Shown one piece after another: positions 26,991 through 39,134 of a stretch of 64,000 nt of DNA. The notes beneath the pieces were generated by a model. It was given only the letters and a program-made list of their open reading frames with translations. It was not told the origin of the DNA and ran no database searches. Positions within the stretch are counted from its first letter, which is position 1, and each line of letters starts with the position of its first letter. Source of the DNA: Chrysomallon squamiferum (taxonomy: Eukaryota; Animalia; Mollusca); the NCBI GenBank assembly GCA_012295275.1, contig CM022672.1, forward strand, positions 14,136,001 through 14,200,000, in the 5' to 3' direction. The position numbers and the translations under genes were made by a program.

Positions 26991-28229
26991 AAATAAGATA
27001 GTAACATTTTGTAACTATACACAAAAATATAACATTTCACCGTTAACTATTCGTAAAGGTGTACTATGCGGGTCATAATTTGAAAGCTTTAGATTTACAC
27101 TCATAAGAAACAACGGATTGGTAACTAGCGTTCTTGTAGAATCTGTCTTTCATGTTTTGGTCTTTCTCCTTCGTTGTCCTATCGTCCTCTATCACGGGGA
27201 TGTAAACGTCGATGTAACTGGCGAGACAAAACATGGTTTATTCCCGATTCTGGCAGTGAGATTATAACACATCTTATTTGGACACGCCAGTTGTTCCATT
27301 TCTGGCAGTTTATTGCTTACCCTTACTAACTGGTGTTCCGTCACCTTAACTGATGTACTTTTGTTAAACAGTATTTTGTCCACAATTTGAAAGCACATTC
27401 AGTCACACTTTACACACGAAATTTCTCCCTTCGCAGCCACGATCAGACGTAACAAACAACATGACTGTACAGTATTTATATAGATAGTATTTCCTGTCTC
27501 CAAATTTTATGTTATAACATCAATTTCCTTGCAACCTCTACTCTGGCTACCCTCTTCATACATCTCTTAATTGACCTCGTTAACCCACACGTCTAAATTG
27601 GTAGTACTTCCAGTCTCCAAATTTTACTGAGATACAACATTAATTTTATGTCTCCAGCCATTAATTTTCTTGCAATCCCCGTGAGTCTAAATTTGCTTTA
27701 ATTGCTCACGCCAGTTTTCCCATGTCTGGAAGCGGATTAGAACACCTCACCGCTTACCTAGTCTGGAGACTGCCAGTTTTGGGAACATACCATCTATTGA
27801 TAATAAACAGTTTTTTAACACTGATTTTCAACATTTTCGATTTCGATCATGAACGTATGACCATCGTTCCGTAAAACAATATTAAATTAGTTAACCATTC
27901 AGCGGTGGACATGTAAGTGTAGGCGCTAAATTAGAATAATAAAACGAAATCCTATTAAAGCCACACACATACTGACACGAAAGAAGAAAGGAAACCTGTC
28001 ATTATACGAGAATAACTAATAGTAAGAAAATTACCTACTGGAGCCTCTCTGTTGAGTGGCTTAGTGAAAAGACCAAAAATTTTGCGTGGCTTGACAATGA
28101 CTTTTGACTTTATTCAAACAAAACTGCAGGATTACCGTGCAGAGATGAAAATATTACAGAGATATAATAACAAAATTAAAATGCACATGCCTGGAAGTTT
28201 AACGTGGAGGACATAGTCTCTCACATATA

Positions 28230-29975
28230 TAGTTCTTATTAACAAACATGGCTTTTTTTAATAAATATATTTTTACTGTTAAACAAATTATTATATGAAA
28301 TTACATTTGAATGTGTCATATATTTATCTGGTATATCTCTTCTCGCATTTAATAATGTATGATCATTACATTCAACTATATTGTGATATTCATCTCCAAT
28401 TTTGTTAAGATTACAAATTTGACATTTTCTATTTTCTCTAGGAATATTAGACCATCGCCCTGTTTCAATAGGAAGTTTAGCATTCGAGGTTCTAATTTTA
28501 CATAAGAAACTAGCATCCTTTGGAGACAGATGAGTAAGAGAGTTTTATAATTTAAATTCATTTTATAATTAATACCCTTTGAAGACGTTTCACTTTAATT
28601 TTTCCATATTTATTGATACTGATCATTAATATTTGGATATCGTTTCCCGTAACCATTTATCATATATATGTTAAACCACAATCATCTAAAATATTTTTAC
28701 AAATTTGTTCCAAGGAGAACCGATAACATGCATTAAATAATATAGTTGTGAGGAAATCTTGTTTTGGGTTTTGCAAATTAGGTTCCCCCAAAAGGTTATC
28801 ATTCTTAGTTTTGTAGAAATACAAAGGTGATACTGTCCTAGTTCACCACAGATCATAAAACCAGGGGCACATTTATTAACATTTAATAAATACTTTAAAA
28901 ATTTCATATGGAGTTTTTCTGTTAGTTGTACATTTGTAAAACCCCATATTTCACAACCATACAATAAAACTGGCTGTATTAGTTTGTCAAATAAATCAAA
29001 AATACAATCGATGGAGAGATTATTCAGACGACGTTTTAGCTATTAGGCTATACATAGCTTTCCTTGCTTTGTTATACAGTTGTTGTACGTTCTACGTGAA
29101 TAGACCGTTTCTTTTGTGAATCTAGGGGAAGGGGAAGTCACAGAATAACTTCCATATTAAACATACTGATATTAGAGCCAGCTGAAGAATATATAGTGAA
29201 AGACATTTTAATCTGGGACATTTTATAAATCATTTACAATAGGAAGCCCTTAGTTTAAAGCTATCCTAAACAATACGCTAGACCCTAGCATCACCGCTTC
29301 ACAGTGTGATACTCTTTCTTTAATCTAACCTAATTGACCTAATCAATAAGCTTAACAATTACCTCATGCATACTCTAGAAACCTATATATTTATTTATAT
29401 AAAAATTGTGATTTTTTTATCCAGTGATGCTTTTTCCTATATTAAACTGGCATTTTTTTCTGTGACTTTTTTCGAGCCATTTTTTTTTTTGTAAAGTGTA
29501 AATATGTATAGATGTATATTACATCAATAATGTCTCCATACAGTTTAAATATATAATCATGATTTTTTTCTCCCTTTACGGAAAATCATTATTTTGTTTT
29601 ATTTGTATTAACTTTAAGTCTCCATAGTCGGCTGTAATTGACAAAAAAGTTAAGATTATGTTGTAGAGCATCTGGTGATTCTGCTAATAGTATTGTATCG
29701 TCAACACACATTAGACTGAAAAGCTTTAAATAAACATTAAATTCTTCACTAAACAATGCTGTAATTGCTTCTAGTTCATTTTCCTTATTGTGTGTAAGAA
29801 ATTCCTCTAAGTCATTTAGAAAAACAGAAAATAAGAATGGCGAGAAATTTTCTCTTTGCCTAACATAGATTTCCCAATTAAAACTATCAGATAACAAACC
29901 GTTTTCTGTAATTGTAGCCGTAATATCTGCATACATATTTACTAAGACATTAAAACATTTTCCATTTATCATCTG
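28230..29975 (-). mobile_element. Degenerate LINE reverse transcriptase 3' half (CR1/L2-related)
   Basis: VRQRENFSPFLFSVFLNDLE..LMCVDDTILLAES..LKVNTNKTK (RT core, degenerate YADD). YGCEIWGF..EKLHMKFLKYLLNV..GELG. C-terminal LPIETGRWSNIPRENRKC..C..IGDEYH zinc-knuckle-like tail. Frameshifted and interrupted around 29120-29400. Confidence 0.9.
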
Positions 29976-30136
29976 AGGACAGTTTATAATAATAATCATA
30001 TTCAATAATACATCGTTAAATAAAACACTACTTTAATTCTTGGATTGCAGGTTTGTGACAGACAGTTTTGATAATTTTATGTCCACATGAATGAAATGGC
30101 TGTCACCCGCACACGCACACATTCATATAATTAGTA

Positions 30137-31487
30137 TACAGACATGTATAATTACAGATACATGTCTAATTATATATAGACATAACATTATAGAGACGTG
30201 TCTAATTATATATAGACATAATATTATTACAGAAATGTTTCTAATTATACAGAAACATAACATTATTACAGAGATGTTTCTAATTATACAGAAACATAAT
30301 ATTATTACAGAGATGTGTCTAATTATACAGAAACATAACATTATTACAGAGATGTTTCTAATTATACAGAAACATAACATTATTACAGAGATGTTTCTAA
30401 TTATACAGAAACATAATATTATTACAGAGATGTGTCTAATTATACAGAAACATAACATTATTACAGAGATGTTTCTAATTATACAGAAACATAAGAATAT
30501 TACAGAGATGTGTCTAATTATACAGAAACATAACATTATTACAGAGATGTTTCTAATTATACAGAAACATAACATTATTACAGAGATGTGTCTAATTATA
30601 CAGAGACATAACATTATTACAGAGATGTGTCTGTTTATACAGAAACATAACATTATTACAGAGATGTTTCTAATTATACAGAAACATAACATTATTACAG
30701 AGATGTTTCTAATTATACAGAAACGTAACATTATTACAGAGATGTGTCTAATTATACAGAAACATAACATTATTACAGAGATGTGTCTAATTATACAGAA
30801 ACGTAATATTATTATAGATGTGACTAATTATACAGAAACATAACATTATTACAGAGATGTTTCTAATTATACAGAAACGTAACATTATTACAGAGATGTG
30901 TCTAATTATACAGAAACATAACATTATTACAGAGATGTTTCTAATTATACAGAAACATAAGAATATTACAGAGATGTGTCTAATTATACAGAAACATAAC
31001 ATTATTACAGAGATGTTTCTAATTATACAGAAACATAACATTATTACAGAGATGTGTCTAATTATACAGAGACATAACATTATTACAGAGATGTGTCTAA
31101 TTATACAGAAACATAACATTATTACAGAGATGTTTCTAATTATACAGAAACATAACATTATTACAGAGATGTTTCTAATTATACAGAAACGTAACATTAT
31201 TACAGAGATGTGTCTAATTATACAGAAACATAACATTATTACAGAGATGTGTCTAATTATACAGAAACGTAATATTATTACAGAGATGTGTCTAATTATA
31301 CAGAAACATAACATTATTACAGATGTGACTAATTATATAGACACATAACATTATTACAGAGATGTGTCTAATTATACAGAAACATAACATTATTACAGAG
31401 ATGTGTCTAATTATACAGAAACATAACATTATTACAGAGATGAGTCTAATTATACAGAAACATAACATTATTACAGAGATGTTTCTA
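30137..31487. repeat. 39-bp minisatellite, ~34 copies
   Basis: Unit ACAGAGATGT(T/G)TCTAATTATACAGAAACATAACATTATT in head-to-tail copies with no spacers. It produces the EMFLIIQKHNIIT repeat ORFs. Confidence 0.97.
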
Positions 31488-31513
31488 CTTCAGCGACACT
31501 CATAAAACCTATT

Positions 31514-32486
31514 CTAGGACAGCTGGCCCAGGACAATTGCCCCCTGGACAACATATTTGTTTCTTCCAATAATGATTTTCAAGCATAAGGACATAGCTGC
31601 ATGTATAAGGACAAGTTATTTAATACTTCAAAAAATAATACACAACATATAAAATGAAATCCAGAGTAGTAGTCTGTCCATAGTTCTCTAGTAAAAAGCT
31701 TTGTACAACAACAGTTCATTCACACGTACCGTTTCAACTATAACCATGCATACTAAGGCACTTCTTACAAGAGTTCACTGACATTTTTCAGTGCTCACAC
31801 TTTTATGTTGCGTGCTATTCCTCTCAAATAGTCCAAGACGTGTCGGTTTTCACGCTGTTTGACCAGTCTCAACAAACGCGATCAAACTTCTTGGTATTTT
31901 TGACGAAGTGGTTGAGGTGCTTCCCCGCCAATCTTCTGGCTTATTTCCAGTTCATTAGTGCTTGTCCACGCTTTAAAACGTCTATAAACTTCCAGATGTT
32001 CAGATGGTAGGCGCCGATGTTTGATTGGAAGCGATGGTGTCACCCTTCCACGAAGTTGTTAGTCCGCGGCAAATTCTTTTCCAACCGCTGGTGCATATTC
32101 CATAGTTTTCGAAGGCAAGTTCTGGATGACCACATTCTGACCATGTTAATAGAATATAATATTTTTTCTACAACGGCATGACCTTATATACTGTTTTATT
32201 CATCTCAGTTATAGCTCACTTGCCAAATCAAAGGAATCTTTAGCATTTAATTAGCCTGAATCTAGTTAGCTTTGATGTTAGATGTTATTTTGTAAGATGT
32301 TTCAGCAGATCAAAGTAATCCAAATGCCTTTACTCACGTTTAATGTAACACTTTGACTAATGCATTGGAATGTTGCTTAAAAATCATTCTGAATGGTGTA
32401 TCTGATGAAAAATGGGGGGGGGTGGCAGTTGTCCAGGCGGAAATAGTCCTTGGGGGCAGTTGTCCAGCGTCAGTTGTCTTGACACC
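31514..32486 (-). mobile_element. Non-autonomous Mutator-like (MULE) DNA transposon relic
   Basis: Inverted termini built of GGACA(A/G)(T/C)TG(C/G)CC units at 31514-31552 and the reverse-complement units at 32420-32486. The interior (32070-31800) reads PRTNNFVEG*HHRFQSNIGAYHLNIWKFIDVLKRGQ...VLDYLRGIARNI, matching the MULE transposase C-terminal RTNNxxEGWH..HPNIW motif. Confidence 0.85.
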
Positions 32487-34108
32487 CATAAAACCATCTT
32501 CCATAAAACAAAAGAAGATACTTCTGTTTGTTTGTCAGTTGCTGCTATTGTATTTTTTGTTGTTGTTGTTAACTACTGTATGGTAGGTACAGACAGCAAA
32601 AATTTGGTCGTAGAACAATATATGTCATTTATCGTATGTTATAGATTAAAATTGCTTAATAACTTTCTCCAGCTTTTCCGTAAAAAAACCCCATAATAAA
32701 TAAATAAATAAAATTACGAAACACAGCTTTTATAAAATCCTGATTTTACAAGCTCATATCTTTTACAAATTTATACAGAAAAGCATGAAACTGCACAGAT
32801 TTCAAGCATTTAACAAATAGATACTGTTTAGGTGTTTTTTTTCCAGATTCATCCCTTGCTCAAAATGTGTTCTTCAGTCCAAACACTGGACTGCATTTTG
32901 AGTCAGTACTTTAAAATACAATGCCTAATCTTAATCCTATCATATAAATAATTAATATAGTGATATTTGGTAACTATAAATAACATGAAAAAAAAAATAA
33001 TAACATTTCATTGTTAACTGTTAGTATATATTTATTCAGAAATGTCCTTTTTTATTTATTATATATTACTTATATCTCAGGATCAAGACCGCCTTTTTAA
33101 CTGAAATCACAAATAGAACCATTTTTACAGACACATATGTAAACTTTATTAATATAAATCGTACGCATTTGAGGTTCTATATATATGTGTGTGTGTATAT
33201 ATATATATATTATTATATCTGAATAAATCACTATCTATATACATCTACATACAAACACAGATGTAAGTAAGAATATGTTTGAATGTATTACGATAGTACC
33301 TATGTATGTGTGTTATATGTCGATTATGTATGTATGTATCTAAATATGAGTGTGTGTGTGACCGAGAGAAAAGCTACGTGAAGGAATAAACTTACAACTC
33401 TGTAACAGATCCTAGGATGGCAGTCGTTTTTTTTTTTTCGTTTAGTGAGGCCTTCAACTTATTTTTAATGAACAGCTGTAATTATATAACTGTAACTGAG
33501 AAGTATGCAAATAAATTGAAAGTAAATTCACTGCCTCCATACAACGGGCTACTCTTCAACGATCAGTCAACTGATAATTAGCAGAGGATAGTTTTATATG
33601 GACTTGCCATAAACAGCAATCGGCGTTTCAGTCTTTTTTGTCAGCTTCTCATCTGGGGCAGGAATCAAAGTTTTCAAATGGAGAGCCCTGGTGCCTCACT
33701 CCATCTCGGTTGATCAAGGCGTGGACGTTTGACCCCACCCTACCCTACTTTCTTACCTAGCCAACACTCAGTGATGGCATATACTGTAATAATTATTTGC
33801 GGGAAGACGCCTGTTAAATACGTGTAAAATACATGCCTGCTTGTAGCTGAAAAAATCAGTAATCCATCTCCTGTCCGTAAACCTTTGCACAGTGCATGGT
33901 TAACTAAAATATTCATTTTACCCATCCTCTTGAACATTCGTTTCTGACAGAAATTTCCATAATTATATGTTCATTTGAATCTGGTAGACGTCTCACGTCT
34001 GAATAAATTTATTCAATATCAGCAAAATAATGAAACGTCCTTGTTAAACTAAAACTAGTAAACTATTATAATACTTTTATAATAATTAACAACCAATAAT
34101 GTTGTTTT

Positions 34109-34186
<78 letters not shown>

Positions 34187-34309
34187 TATTTCATAAAAGT
34201 AGTAATAGTTTTGACCGACAGGCCGAATATTTGTGTCTGTTTCAAATCTATAGCTCTCTGAATTCACCTAAGACGTGGCTGTATGTGTCAGTGATATATT
34301 AAGTCTCTA

Positions 34310-34500
34310 TTTTTAATATGTGGCACGACTGCTTTATATCTTCTTGTGTTTGTAAAGGTGCATATCAAAAAATCCCTCCTGCTAATCGCTAAAGAGTGGT
34401 TCATGCTACGGCGGTAGTGTGTGATTTTTTTTTTCTCAATTTTTGAACAGTTCTTAACGTTGTTTAATAAAATGCCTGCCTTAACTACTGTGTTGAATAT
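34310..34500 (+). mobile_element. Degraded SINE fragment (MetaSINE-like core)
   Basis: GTGCATATCAAAAAATCCCTCCTGCTAATCGCTAAAGAGTGGTTCATG..GGCGG resembles, from memory, the molluscan SINE core GTGCATATAAAAGATCCCTTGCTGCTAATCGAAAAGAGTAGCCCATG. A possible tRNA-like head fragment lies at ~45668-45742. Confidence 0.45.
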
Positions 34501-35409
34501 CCAAAATCCAGCTCATTAGTACATTAACTATATATATACGTATATGTATTTACAAGCCACGTGTTACATTACATAACTGAAATTCCGGAATTTGCGACAC
34601 TAAAGAAAGTTGGCGTTATTTATAATTAATTATGTGACTTGTTATTTATAATTAATTATACGTATTGATTATAGGCGATTTCAACGTTAACGTGTGCGCG
34701 CTGTTAACATAAGTTGCGTATGCAGTGGCTTTACAAACCTACTGAATATTATACAGTGAAATATAATCAAGAAATATAATCTAAAGATAAAAATAAATTA
34801 CCCCAATCATTAACAGTTGTGCTTAAACCACCGTTTTCCAAGACGACTGTCATTTAACACACAAATCGTTATTTTAATGTCGTTCGGCTTTATTTTCTAT
34901 GAATGGGATACGTTTGTATTAAAAATGTTCACAGAATTTCTAAATGGCGACCATAACTGAGAAATCTATTTTCTGAGATTGTAATGTCATTTCAATAATA
35001 TAGATAATGTTCAACAAATTAACACAAAAATGTGTATTTACCATAAAAATCGACACGTTTTGATAAATTTTATATATTCTGAATTTTAATGAAACGCAAG
35101 TCTCATTCCCGCTTACGTGTGTTTTATTTTTCTCGTTGTTTTATACATAGATTATTTTAACTAAGTTTCGTTGAGCACGGGACGTGTAAACGCACGTTTT
35201 CCGCGTGCAGCATTGGACAGCATCTTATACCCGTCAGCATTTTATAACTGGTAAATACAATTTTGTTTAATATAACTTTTTATTCATACGCTTGGCTTGA
35301 CATGTATATTATTCCTGTTATATACATTACGCACACACACACACACACACGCACGCACGCACGCACACACACACACACACACAGTCACACATACAGATAC
35401 ATACATATA

Positions 35410-36748
35410 GGGTAAGGTGGAGTAATTCTGGCCCCCTTTTCCGTTCAACCTCACCTACAGTTTCACAGACAAGAAGGAAACAACAAAATGGAGTGAATAA
35501 TGTGTAGTTTATCTACTTCTGCTTCAAAATACACAAACACTGTATGCATAGTGCTTATACTTTTGATATGGGAAACAGGTAAACAATTGTTGTCAGGGGC
35601 CAGATCTGTCCCGATGATTTGGGGTAAATCTGGCCCGCACATTCATGATGTATTTTGGTCCTCAAATGTGTACTGATTATTGCTATGTAATCATTGTTTA
35701 CTACTAATAATAATTAGTCCTAGTCATAATACAGGTCAGATTCAAAACTTCAATAAACTAAACTCCTTGACAACTATGACACAAGAATACAATGTCCTTC
35801 AAGTCTGCACCAACTGGGATTTCGAGGTTTGCGCAAGTATCAAGACAATAGCAATTTGAGCATCCGTCACATCCTATGAACTCGTCAGAATTCATTCCAT
35901 CATCAACTCTGCCACTGAATTCATATTTTTCTTCTACATCTACTACATCTATGTCTTCTAGTTTAGGCTCGTCACCATAAACGTTTTCTTTGACTGCATC
36001 CACCAGTTCTGCTGTAACATTGAAACTGAAGTGCCGTTTTGACTTTGGTATTTTCTTGTTGGTTTTGGGGTTTTTTGTTTTTATAATTTTGCCTCTCTCA
36101 CCTTTGCTTTCTTTGCCTTTTCTTCCTTCTTCCTCTTCTTCTCTGCCAACTCTTCTTCATACCTCGTGACAATTTCTTCTTCTGTCAGTGCCTCAGCATA
36201 CCTCATCCTTTTGATTTTATTTGAAGTCTGACGACGTGCCTCACCAGATGGACCGTGGACTTTCATTTGTTTCAAAAAACTTAAATAAAACTCGGAATGG
36301 ACTACACCAATGCCAAAACCATTGATTTCACCACCAAATATGGGGGGCCAGAATTGTCCCAAGTGGTGGAGTAAAATAAAACACATATTTGTTTCCTAAT
36401 TACCACATATTAATCAAGTTTCTTCTGCTGAACTTAATAACTGATTATATGTTTACCTGCTATAACTTAACACTGAGCTGATGTCTATAGGACTAAAAAA
36501 AATAACACTCACTTTTGAAACCTCAAAATGACTTTTTTTTACAACCTCGTTTTTATTACTTTCATGGCCAATATACGTCACGTGTAAATGGCTGATTACC
36601 TACATCCTTTGTTCTAATGTGTGATAGGAAGGTTTTATTTATATCAACAAACATCCAGAAACCTGGACAGAGCAGTATAGCAGCTGCAGGTCATAATATA
36701 CCTCGGGGGACAGAATTGCCCCGGGGCCAGAAATATCCCACCTTACCC
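35410..36748 (-). mobile_element. Internally deleted pogo/Tc2-like DNA transposon with PHD-finger transposase tail
   Basis: ~26-bp TIRs GGGTAAGGTGGAGTAATTCTGGCCCC and GGGGCCAGAAATATCCCACCTTACCC, flanked by TA (TATA) on both sides. The interior encodes AEALTEEEIV..EKKRKKEEK (36081-36300) and a degenerate PHD finger FIGCDGCSNCYCLDTC...FLCHSC (35758-36003). No DDE core. The superfamily call is less certain than the element itself. Confidence 0.85.
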
Positions 36749-36909
36749 TATACATACATATATACACACATACGTATACACATAACATAGAACTATGCAT
36801 TCACATATACACAGAAATACAGACATGCATATATACATACATATATAAATATAAATGCATACATACACATATATATACAAACACCCATAGCCTACACTAT
36901 ATGCGCGCG

Positions 36910-36958
<49 letters not shown>

Positions 36959-37496
36959 TAAATAATAAAGGAGAAGGAGAGAGAGAGACAAAGAAAGAAA
37001 GGTAAATAAATAAGCAAATAATAAATGAATAAAGCAGAGCGCTTAACTACAAACGGCCGATAGCCAATACAATTTATTAAAGGAAATGCTCTATTTTTAT
37101 CGAAAAACATAATGATACCCATTCATAGACGAACGCCCATCTGAATATTGCAGCCGGGCTGTTTATTTGTTACTGTGTAGAGCGATATTACTTTATTTAT
37201 CTTGAAAATAACAACGATATTGTATACGTCGCCCAAATGTGAGGAAGTGAAGCGATGACAGAGCGAATACTCTTTGTCTGTAAGTTAACCAGTTAGGTGA
37301 GTTGGGCAGTCAACAGACTGTCATCAAGGTTAATGAAAATCAGTGATGTCGCTGAACAGGTGAGAGAAGCAGGTAAAACGAGGTAAAAACCAGGTAAGAC
37401 GAGCAACCGACGAAGAAAAAGAAAAACTTTTGTAAGAGCTTTGTAACAGTTACTGCAAGCAACCGAAAAGGTATGTCGTAAAGCGCTTTTTCCATT

Positions 37497-37537
<41 letters not shown>

Positions 37538-37602
37538 CTTTCCTCTTTTGGACTTTCATTTGTAGTTTTATTATTATCAACCTCATCATCATTAACAACA
37601 TC

Positions 37603-37667
<65 letters not shown>

Positions 37668-37891
37668 CTCTTTCTCTGCCTTCTCTCTCCACACAAGTCT
37701 TTCCTTCCCATCTGTAATCGGGGTGAGGAATCTTTTCATTACGGGTTTCCTCCTGTTATCTTGTTATCTTTTATTTTTGTACCTAGCTCTTTTTTTTTCT
37801 TCTTTTTTGTTTTTTTTATTATTATTTTTTTTTCCTGGTTTTCCTTTCAACGATATATTTTGATTTTAATTCTCTAACTGAATTTCTGCCT

Positions 37892-37995
<104 letters not shown>

Positions 37996-38748
37996 AGAAA
38001 ACGGCATTATTTGAAATATTATACTTAAAATTGTTTTATATCTTTCTTTCCTTAATTTTTTTTCACATCTTATTATTTATATCATATTTGAATGTTTTTA
38101 AGAACTATATTCATTTTAAATATATAACGACACACACATATATATGTATATGTATGTAACTACATATATATGACTGTGTGTGTATATATCTACAGATAGA
38201 TAGATAGATACAGAAGATAGATAAATAGATAGATAGATAGAAAATAGACAGATATAGATATATGTATCTATGTATTTAATTACATTCACTTTGTGTGTGT
38301 GTGTGTGTGTGTGTGTTTTTTATACGAAAGACGACAGTGAAATGGGTCATACACCGGTGCACATATTATACAGATAGTGCCCGACTTGCGTAGACACGTG
38401 TGTATGCGAAACGTTATTTAAATCAAAATTTACGCTTCTCGGTGCAAGCCCCAGAATAACTAGTACGTCTCAAATACATAACAGTATTAATTAATATTAA
38501 AAATAAGCCAGGAAATGAATAAGCATGAATCTAATTACGCAGAAGGTGAATATATCGCGGAGTATGCGTGTATATGCGATTAATCTTATTAAATAAACTG
38601 CACTGTGAAAAAGTTGTCCTGCAAAAAAATAAAATGACTCGTTTCTTCGTGGTGGTTTGCCGTTATTTAGATCGTCCAAGTTTCAAATTTCTTTTGAGAA
38701 ATATAATGAGAAACACCTTACGTAAAATGTTACGGTGTCTATTGGGTT

Positions 38749-38807
<59 letters not shown>

Positions 38808-39101
38808 ATAAATATGTATGTAGGCATTTGTATTTATTTGTTCGTTAATATTTGTGTATGTTATTATGTACATATACATAAACTGGAAGGAGTTTAAAAA
38901 AATAAATAAATAAATTAATTAATTAATTAATTAATATTTAAGAAATAGAACTGGATTAATATTTGTAAATTAATCCCATGCTAGAAACCGAAGTGAACTG
39001 AAAAGTTTAAACAATTCATTTGTTCAGAAAACCATATTATCGTTGTTACATATTTTTTATTTTGAACTTAAGAACACGACACATGTATGTATCTGTGTAT
39101 A

Positions 39102-39134
<33 letters not shown>

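Noticed and set aside
30091-31348. Long ORFs (250, 215, 175, 163 aa) on both strands and a regular repeat that could be mistaken for a CRISPR array or repeat protein
   Set aside because: These are head-to-tail 39-bp units with no unique spacers and no cas genes, in a eukaryotic context. The ORFs exist because the unit is a multiple of 3 without stops, and there is no splice or promoter support.
33620-33960. GC-richer patch with a 65-aa minus-strand ORF
   Set aside because: No recognisable motif, splice pattern or termini, so I cannot support a call.
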